Shown: piece after piece, positions 51,458-60,938 of the stretch
Layout of the letters: the number at the start of each line of letters is the position of its first letter
How positions within the stretch are numbered: the stretch's first letter is position 1
Assembly (NCBI GenBank): GCA_965285935.1
Contig: OZ260664.1
Location: forward strand, 77,066,001 to 77,130,000
Source: Ophelia neglecta
Lineage: Eukaryota
Direction of reading: 5' to 3'
DNA length: 64,000 bases
The notes under the pieces: generated by a model
The model's input: the letters and a program-made list of their open reading frames with translations, nothing else
The model's database searches: none
Told to the model about the DNA's origin: nothing
Translations under genes and position numbers: made by a program

Positions 51458-54400
51458 CCAGCCAGCCGAGCACAGGAACCGCCAGGCTAATCTAATTCCC
51501 CCTAAGCCCCCGTCGCTATATAGTTTTCATCTTTTAATTTCACGCCGCGCTGAATTTCATAAAGCTCCTAGGAAATATCTATCATAGTTAAATCTAAATT
51601 TGTTGATCGCGGCCAAATCAAATCAAAACCCTCACCCATATCGTTACGGCTAATGGCAAGGGAGGCAAAAATTAATGGGCGAACGCGGCAACTAATAAGC
51701 GACGGCTATGGCAAATTTTATTAAGGTCTTAACAAGCGATCGCCTTTTGGCCTTCGGGCTTTTATAGATTTTTCAGATCAAAAGTGGTGGGAGAACCTAA
51801 TATAGGCGAACATCAGTCACTTGGCGGTGGGTAGCTGTCACGGAAACCTCACCGTCAAATTCTTGCCTCTCGGCCGCCATTTAAGTAGATTTCTCTGGTG
51901 GTGCCGTGTCGAGAGTTGCTTTCATGCCCGTGTCTGAAGCAGTTCTCATTTAAAAGGAAGTCCAAGCAGGAAATACTAGAACACTACTCAGATTGAGTTC
52001 GTTTCTTTGTTCGGCCAGGTTTCACGACGGCCCACATACAGCCACGATGCAGTATTGACCTCTAAATGTATCAGAAGCGGTCTGATCGCGAGTACTACAT
52101 CCCAGTAGAACTCATTAGATATTGCACTCGCGTATATGGGTCGGGGAAAGACCAAATCTTGAATACCAATGACCCCTGAGCTGGTATCATTAAGGCCGTC
52201 TACGGCTCGCTGCCGGCTGATAGCAGGTCTAAGCGCCTGTAATGTTACCGCCATTGTCCGACACACTCTATGTAAGTGGATCTAAATATTACTATTACCT
52301 CTTGTAAATAAATAAACCACATCGGTAGCACAACAACGACAAAGGGTTATTGAGGTCAGAAGATAACCCTTTTGTCTGGACGTGACGTCATTTTGAGCAT
52401 GACGAATCAGAAGCCGTGGTTAATGGGCATTATTGCCATAAAAGCAGATATCAGACGGCGAAAGTGATCGTTTGCTGTTCGCCCGTTATCCGGTGCATCT
52501 GTCGATAGCAATCTGCCCGTTTTAGCCGGTCATAATCTTGGTTGTAGCCCGCGTGTCGTAGGATACAATGATAACATGATCCTGTCCCATACTGCCATGC
52601 GACTTTGTCCTGGCTCGGCCCTCAGATGGACGATACCAGCGTCGCTGCCGTGCAGGGCTTACCACAATCTAACTAGGACCGTCTCACGGCCGATTGGAGC
52701 TAAATGATCTCTGACAAACAGACAGGCGGGACTTTCAAACAGATGCGGACGATATCGGCCGTCCAAATAACCTCTCCAGCAGGCCGCTGGCCACTCGTAC
52801 CCGTTCGTAAATCATTTTACTCTCATATCACTGTCAGGAGTTAGGATATGACAGCCTTGTCCACTTGCGTTGGGTCAAATCACAACATGTCATGGTCTTT
52901 TCGCCCCATTTAGCCTCTTCTCTCAATGCATATCCGGTGTCGTGGTAATTTCAGTTCCCGATAAGTAAATCACCAATTGATAAGACTGCTGCCCTATAGA
53001 CACGCGCTTTTTCACATCATAACCGATTAATGGGAATTACACTATCGCGTATTTATCGCTGTTGCCATGAGAACCAATCGTGTTTCTCTTCCGTCACATA
53101 GATCTTCATATTTTGTAGCGAAGGCATGCGTGAACGCTCAATAATTTAAACATGTCTAAGCTATGGCCGGGGCATTTCATCTGATATCCTACGTGGGCCA
53201 GGGGAGGCGGGGGTCTATTTTGAGTTTTAATTTTTGTCAAGCGATACGCGAGTACTTAGCGCCTTTCGAACATAAATTGGGAAGTATTTTGTGTCCCCAA
53301 GCACCCCACCCACCCCACCCCCTATCGCCCGCCTTTGGACACCAGCTAATCCACCCCTGAAACTAACATTGGTGGGCATGAGTATACCTCTAGCATTTTC
53401 GCGAGAACACAGTTAAATATGGTGCTCCACGGAGTAGCAGAGATGATCCTAACAACTAACCACAAAATACACTCAATATGGTGAGTTAATTAATAGCATC
53501 ACGTGGCCTTCTGACCGCTAGGGATCCTGGTTAAAGAGCCATGTTATGGCGGAGGGGATGAATTGAGAACTGTGGAGGTCTTTGGCTTCTTCACAGGATG
53601 ATTTACCGACTCCGGACTCCATCCTCGTCCGATCGGCAGGAGGACAAAGGCCGTTACATGTCGTCCACTAAAGTGAATGAATCCGTGTTTTTGAGAAAGA
53701 ATGACTGGTAGAACTGATCGGTTCTTGATGCCGTTTGCTCTAAGTTTCAACATGCATCATAGTTTAGCAAAATGGTAGGACTTGTAACCAATGTATTTTG
53801 TAGATATTTAGACCTTATTTAAAGCAACCATCAATTTCAGGACAACTTTTTGTAATTTTCATAAACAAAGTTTTATTTATAAATTCATTTCATGTCCTTA
53901 CACGAAGTACCAGTATTTGCCGCGGTTGTTATTGTTCCTGGGATAGGCTTTTGATCGTTTCGCTGTCTCGTCTGATCCCAGCTAGATACTCCGTCTGTTT
54001 ACTTCATCTGTGGAATGAATCGTCTGCCCAGTTCTGGCCTGAATCGATAGATCACGTACAACGCCCTATTAATTTGATAAGTCGCGGCGTGAAGAGCCCC
54101 GAGCCCTAATTACCCTCTGTTGCTCCCCCAGGAACCCCTAAATTAATAGAATATAATATGGAGGGGTCCCTTCCAGTCGCTTACCAGACCAGCATTAGAC
54201 CACGCCTGGTCGGCTCAGAGGGGAATTGGCGAGGACGTGGTCACTTTGAGCTTTTCTGTAGCCCGCCAAGTACTAAGGAGAATCCATGTCCCAATTACGA
54301 GCTAGGTGAAATTAGATTGAAAATGGCAGTCTACAAACAGCGGCAATTCTACAAGTTAGACTAGTCTCCGGCAAGGAGCGATTGCCCACGCCTTGAGCAG

Positions 54401-57400
54401 GATTTCAAGACTGCGAGAAGCCCACACTCTAAATGTGTTGGCCATTCACGCGGTGGAGGCCAATACATTTCTATTAACAACTCACAATTAATCACTTTAA
54501 TAGAGAATGAATCAAAAGTTTCGACGCAGACGAACTGCGGCTCAGTGGAAACTGGCTTCCATTTGCACTAGCCGAAAATGGATTGGCAGCGTTACTTGCT
54601 TCTGAAGCTTGTTGGCGGCAACGGTGATCGTCCGGCAGTCACGTCTGCTCATATTGGCGTGATCTCGGCACGAAGACGAGACTTTGAGCGGTGAAGCGTG
54701 CGCATAGCAGAGGCAGGAAACGAACGTAGTCTGTGCAATGAACTTCCGGTAACACGCGCACGAGCACTTTCCATGCGAGTGAACTTCTTATTATGATGTC
54801 ATTATAAGTAGCCTTTTTGCCTTAATTACCCCTTTCAAGCCAGTAGATTGTTCATCCGAGCGGCCATCGATCTGACATCCATGACTGATGCTGTCGGCCC
54901 GACTTGAACACACTAATCATATATGAATCAGACTTCTAGCGCCAATTTATTATTGCAGGCATTTTTTAATGAAGACTAAATGTTACTTGCACACCTACCT
55001 CAATGACACGCACCAGTTCACAATAAAAACCGCTGATTTTTGTTAGAAAACTATTTGCACGCCATTCCAGTCTGTCCATGGTAAAGCATTGTTTGCCTTA
55101 ATTCTCTTGACTTTAAGGTGAATTTATAAAAAGTAAGCACACGCGAGATACGATAAAGGGATATAAAGCTGCAATGGAACAGTATGGAAGGAACAGTAAA
55201 ATATTAAATTCGAGCATTGTGAATAGAAATCAGGCTCACTAGATTAAGTCTACCAAGCATTATGTTACAAAGAGTATATTTTAAAGTTTAAATGGTGGTA
55301 ATGGTGCTCGTAAAAACGTCATTTTCATTGCTCCTGTTTGCATTTAAATTTGATGAAATGCTTAAATTATTTCTTATTCAAAATTGTTGTTAAAACTAAC
55401 CAAGTTTGGTTATAAGGTTGAAATCCGGGATTTAAGCCAGATCCAATATTATATGAAGAATTTTTGTGGCTAAAATATATGGGAGGATTGGATTTTATAT
55501 GTACTGCGTCATCATTAGCCGGAAAAGCCATCGCAAATTGGGCAACAAACGTCAACAGAGAGTTAGAACTGGGATCAAACTTGTCGGCCAACAAATTAAA
55601 AAAAGGGGATACAGCTCGGGAAACGGCATAAACGTTCGGGACAAAATCATAATTTTGCAGCTTGTCATCAGCTAGATTTTAGTTTCGTATTGTTTTCATT
55701 CAATTCAATTTTAATTCCCCCTAAAATATTACTGTTAAGCAGCGGGTGGGCTTGGTTTGAAATATTTCCAGAGTAGTGAAGATGTAGCAAAGAGAAAATC
55801 CTTGTGGTTTCGGTAACGTATGTTATTCTTTACAGTATTATATACCTGACCTATTGGCCCATTTAACCTACAAAGATGCACAAACAGGCCGACCGAAAAG
55901 GCGTAGGCGTACAAAAGGTCTTGTGGCATTGACAACTGGTAGTACATAAATTTTACATATGAAATTGCTCACCAAAAACACAGAGTAAGGTCTATTAAAG
56001 CTCGCCTTACTTGGCAATGGGTGTGTATATAATAGTTATTCATAAACACTCATAATTAATATACAGGTACCTGTACACCTTTTATTTTGAAAAATGTTAA
56101 TAGCTTTTGACCAAGACCTCAGGTTGGGACAAAGCTTACCTTCTGTCGGCCTGCTCTGTTTTATAAATATAGATCGGGGTGAAAATCACCAATGCCATTC
56201 GCAGATTGGTAAATAAAATGTGGGAGAATCATGCCTTCTTGTTTTATAAGCAATTCAATGGCTGTTCAACGACTTAAGGCCTAGATTGGCAGACGTTTGT
56301 TGGGTGAAGCAGACGAACTGTCAACCTGTATTAGTCAGGTAAAGGTATAGTCTGCTTAAATAACTACTCAATGCGTCCGTGAGAAAAAATAGTCCTTGAT
56401 ATCCAGTATAAAGTCATGGACTAGAAAGATTAGGTCGCCATTTGATTTGTTTAATGTTTCACAGCCATAGCCCCGCCGGCCATTTCCAATGTTTTAGCCT
56501 GTCATTACGGAGTGTTCAGGTAATTGTTGCTATGGAGACGCAGCAATAAAAGCGAGGCTCACAAAAAGCCATTGCTTTTACTTCTCTCGTCATCTATAAC
56601 ACACAAGAGCGACCAAGTGTTGCTAAATAACGAGGGGAGGTATTAGTTCTGACGGTGATCTGCCGGGCAACATGCTGAAAGGTGCTATGGAGCAGACCCT
56701 GGGGAAACATACACTAAAACAGTGTACGCTCACGCCCACATATAAAGTCTTTGTCCTCTGCCTGTAATAGCTATGGGCAGTGATTAAACATTGACAATTA
56801 TCTTGGCTTTGGTTATTTAAAGAATCTTTGTTCATGATTTAAACCCGTGTACTTTTATTGCCATTTCATATAGTTTATATCGTCTTGGTACAGCCCTTGC
56901 CATCGAGTAGTCCTAGTAGTGTTATCTTGGACACGACAGGAACCAGAAAACTGCTGGTTCCCTTATCTCGGAACACGACGGTGTACACACGATGTGGTGG
57001 GGAAGAGCGGCTTTTAAAATCCGATTACATTGATAAGCGAGTGGCAGCAGCTGGAGAGGCCGCCCAGCACCTGTGCCCGAGGCCAGAGAGGGAGGTACAA
57101 TCTGGCCCCTCCCCTCGGCTCCCCACGGGGATAGGCCTCGGGCAGTCGGAGGCAGTCGGTCCCCGGAAAACACCGGCATCTGGCCCTAATAGACCACTCA
57201 TTTGACCATTGACGCATTATCCCCCAATGAAAAGGCTGCTGATAACGGCTTGGAGAAATCTCGCGATCCCCGAACTCGTGACCTTTTTTTTCCGAGGTAC
57301 TGTTTCAAATGTAACTTTTTAAGTATTGAGCATGAATTTGGCTTCTACAAAAGCGTGGGTCGTGTTGAGCTTAATTAGCAGAGTCACCCAATCCGTCCAT

Positions 57401-58499
57401 TTGTACTGGCAATGATTGTTGATGATGAAATTGCTGTTAGTTTTTAAAAGGCACACGGATATTGAGACTCAGGCAGGCGTGGAGTGTAGCACAATGAGCA
57501 CGTACAAGAGGGTCAAATGAGAGTGGAGACTTCTGGGAAAAATCAGCTCCGCCCGAGGCCATCGGATCTGGACAAGGTCCCGTGACGAGGAGCAGTCGAG
57601 CGTGACAGGAAGCTGACCCCGCTCGCACGCAAATCACCAATTTGCTACTCTCTGTGATGGACAGCTCGCATTTAACCCTACCTACTGCTAATTGAGTGGG
57701 GCAATGAACGGAAATGACAGAGTCTCATTCAGCGATTCACTTCAAATGGCTTCGATATTGCTTGTTTACAAGCCTCCTATGAGTTACCTTGCTATGTGTG
57801 ACCGTGTGTGTGGGGGGGGGGGGGGAGGGGGGATGCCCCAAATCTACCACAAGTATAGGGGTGCACTGAGATCAAGAACAAAATATTCTCATTTTAATTT
57901 TATGCTTTCTTCATCCGGTCTTACTCATTCTATAAATGGTTGATCCTATCTATATTAAAAAGTCATTAATCCTTTGGCCTGAATCTGGTTTTTCCTGCTG
58001 TGGGTGCGGTCCATAAGGATACACCAATATGATTCTTTGATTCAACCATATCTTATAATCCAGGCCAGTCTCTATGCATATATTCTTGCATACAAGTCCG
58101 ACACATTGGGTATATATTGGTTTCTAGGTTTGCTACCCTCCCTCCCCCTTTATGGAGGCAGACGACAGGCTGCTGAGTGGCGGGAAAGGAACCCGGAGTA
58201 TCGTGCCAGTATATAGACTCGAGGAGGAAGTGTCCAAATTGAAACACGATTGCTGCCGGTGATTGACGATTGGTGGGGCCGAGTAGGGCAGCCGATATTG
58301 ATCAACCCTACGTGACCTAATTTAACAACATCTCACGCCATGTTTTAATACGAAACGACGGATGGCAGGGAGAGTGATGGATCAAAAGGGTACTTTCTGT
58401 AGTCAATGGCACGGTGAGCGAGTACTGCTCAGAAGACTGGCAGCCACAGACTAGGCCGATGTCCAATGGACAAACTGAGGGACGATTTAGTCCAGATAG

Positions 58500-58680
58500 G
58501 AAGTGCTGATCCATGGCGTCCCACGCAGCAAACCGGATATGACATGTCTGCAGCAGCGCATGCGGAACACTTCCGACGGGAGGGCGGTGCCGTTTTTCAG
58601 GACTTTTTTGTTTCCGCCATCTCCTACGGAATTAATATGTAGGCCCATCCCCATGCCAGCAAAGACAGGAAGTTCCCAAT
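58500..58680. promoter_or_regulatory. Promoter-like cluster: NRF1 + ETS + YY1 motifs
   Basis: GCGCATGCG (58556-58564), CACTTCCG (58568-58575), CCGCCATCT (58614-58622) and CAGGAAGT (~58666) lie in a CpG-rich stretch. Confidence 0.45.
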
Positions 58681-60490
58681 AGTCCACGTGCTTCATTATA
58701 ATTTGGCCATTGTGGTCAGTCAAATTCAAATACTGTCAAATATAAGGTTGACTTGACAGCTCGAGTACTGCTTAATTACATGCCTTAATTGAATTTCAAT
58801 GGGATGGATTGGTGACTGATATTTATCTATTTGCATTCTGGGATATCCCCCTGGGAAAACGACAAACTGTTAGCGTTTGTTCCCGATCTTCATTGAAATG
58901 CAAACTCGACAATTGGTGAATGCTTTTAAGTGGCCAGATCATCATTCTTGTGGGTCATTTAGAGATCGCTGTTTTGTATAGATACACTAGTAAGGCTTTG
59001 AAAGTGATCTCAAAGATAGTGTTACATAGCGAAACCTCTAATTGAAACTCAACTACTGGGCAAACTAATAAATTATTCAGTATTTATCTGATGAGCTTCC
59101 TAGACGCCAGATCATCTCGGAGTGCAACCACTGGTTTAACATGTTAAAGTTCTCTTCTTATTATAATTCGGAGCGTGCGCCTGAAACAAACAGTGGATGA
59201 TCTGATGATATGGTATTGGTTTACGTCACTGATATTTTAGAAGTGGGTGAAAATGTAAAATCCGATCTGGCGGTTCAGATGACACTTGACTTCACTCTTG
59301 CAAAAGACTGGCTGATACCGCTAACGTTAGAGCACTTGGCGATATTAAACCTTTGTAAATTAGTATGCAACGCATTTATGGCAGAGTTGTGTTTAACACT
59401 GCAAAGAAAGCCTCTTAGCCCTGTTTTAGCAAATCTTCCTACGTTTGTCCTTCGGCAGCTTCTAAGCCTAGTAGTAGTACTAGAGAATCAATATTGGCGC
59501 CAAAATCTGGAAAGATTTGTCGTCTGCCTATAACTAAATCAGATAAATCATGGTATTAAAGCTCTTCTCATGACTCACTTCAAAACAAAACACAACATGT
59601 TCCAAAATGGGTCTATCTACCATCGGGGTCGACTCCGTCTGGTTATCCAACCACTCATTAGAACCCTGGCCTTATCACATTCCAGTCTAAGCGATTGTTC
59701 TCATGTCAACTGAAACTGGTAATATTGTACTTAGGAAACCACAACTTGTTTTAATTTGCCTTCAACTCTTGCAGTAATAACAATAAATATTTATTTCGTC
59801 CACTGGCACGAGCGAATTAGGCAGTTAAATTTAAATCATAATCTTTTTAGCGTTCAATGAGTTTTGGAAATGGTGTTGGTAGTGTTTTCGTTAGCCATTG
59901 TAGGAATCGTTTACAGCAAATAATGTACCAATTACTAAGCCTACCGGCGAGCAAATAAAGTTTGATTGCATTGGACAAAGACACCGGGGCAGTCAATGGA
60001 GCTAGGTACGACCAAGGGCCGTGATGGTCAGCTACAATACCCCACCTGCTGACTAGAGCCCACCTGAGAGGTCCGGCTCTCCTTGTGCTAATACTCGAAA
60101 CCTCTCTTTATTTACTTCTCTTTAAACATCTTTGTGTCACCAGCCACTTTACCACTCCTCTCGCTTTCGCCAAACGACATTCGATTCCACTAAATTCCAC
60201 ATTTATAGGTCTGCCACCCGTAAAGACCCATTTGCATTGTTCTATTGCAATAAATATACGTTAGAAATGGGTGACAAGTTGTTTCGAGTTTCGCTTCCAC
60301 TACCTACTGCATGCTATCAAATGAAAAGACCAAACGTCGGCAGATATTATAAGGCATTGTCCTCGTGTTAAGCCCTGGTGACATATTTGGTCAGGAGCTA
60401 AGGAAACAGGTGATGGCGGATTACGACAAATGTCAAGGAACAAGAAAACTCGCGATGTCACGTGCAGTTTAGAAGGATTTTAGAACAACA

Positions 60491-60938
60491 CAGAGGCGTA
60501 GGAAGGAAAATCAAAGTGAGGGGGCCAACTTTACATCAGCGGCATATAAAGTGTGGGGGGGGGGGGGGGCAAAACATATGATACCCTCCACACTTTTTAA
60601 GCACCCCCGCCCCCCCCCCCGCTTCCTACGCCACTGTACATTGATTTTTACATGCAAAAAAACATTGAATAAATTCAATTATTGGGTGTGTAATGGGTTT
60701 GTAAATAACCTGCCCACAGGTAACTATATGATTATGGTCAAGCCAACTTAGGACAGACGCTTCTGCCCACTACTGCATTTCACCATTTCGAGAGGGCAAA
60801 ATATGAGAGGGTCATCATTAAAAAGTGGGGGGGGGGGGGCCAAAACACACGATGCCCCCCCCCCCCCACTTTTTTAAGTGGGGGGGGCATGCCCCCCCCC
60901 CCCCCCCGCACCCCCCCCCCCCGCTTCCTACGCCACTG
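60491..60938. mobile_element. Non-autonomous hAT-like MITE with G/C homopolymer subterminal repeats (composite or nested)
   Basis: The left TIR CAGAGGCGTAGGAAG (60491-60505) pairs with the right TIR CTTCCTACGCCACTG (60924-60938), 14/15 match. A second right-end copy sits internally at 60622-60636. CAACA flanks both outer ends (60486-60490, 60939-60943). There are internal AAAGTG-polyG / polyC-CACTTT inverted repeats. Confidence 0.8.

Noticed and set aside
44978-57832. Isolated poly-C/poly-G tracts (44978, 45077, 45750, 57812; also 3171)
   Set aside because: Simple homopolymers, possibly MITE debris. No TIRs were seen around them.
6072-58166. GCAGACGAC copies as relics of the LINE reverse-transcriptase (Y/F)ADD motif (GCA GAC GAC = A-D-D)
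   Set aside because: In the copies checked the preceding codon is not Tyr or Phe, flanks are unrelated, and no RT-like frames surround them.
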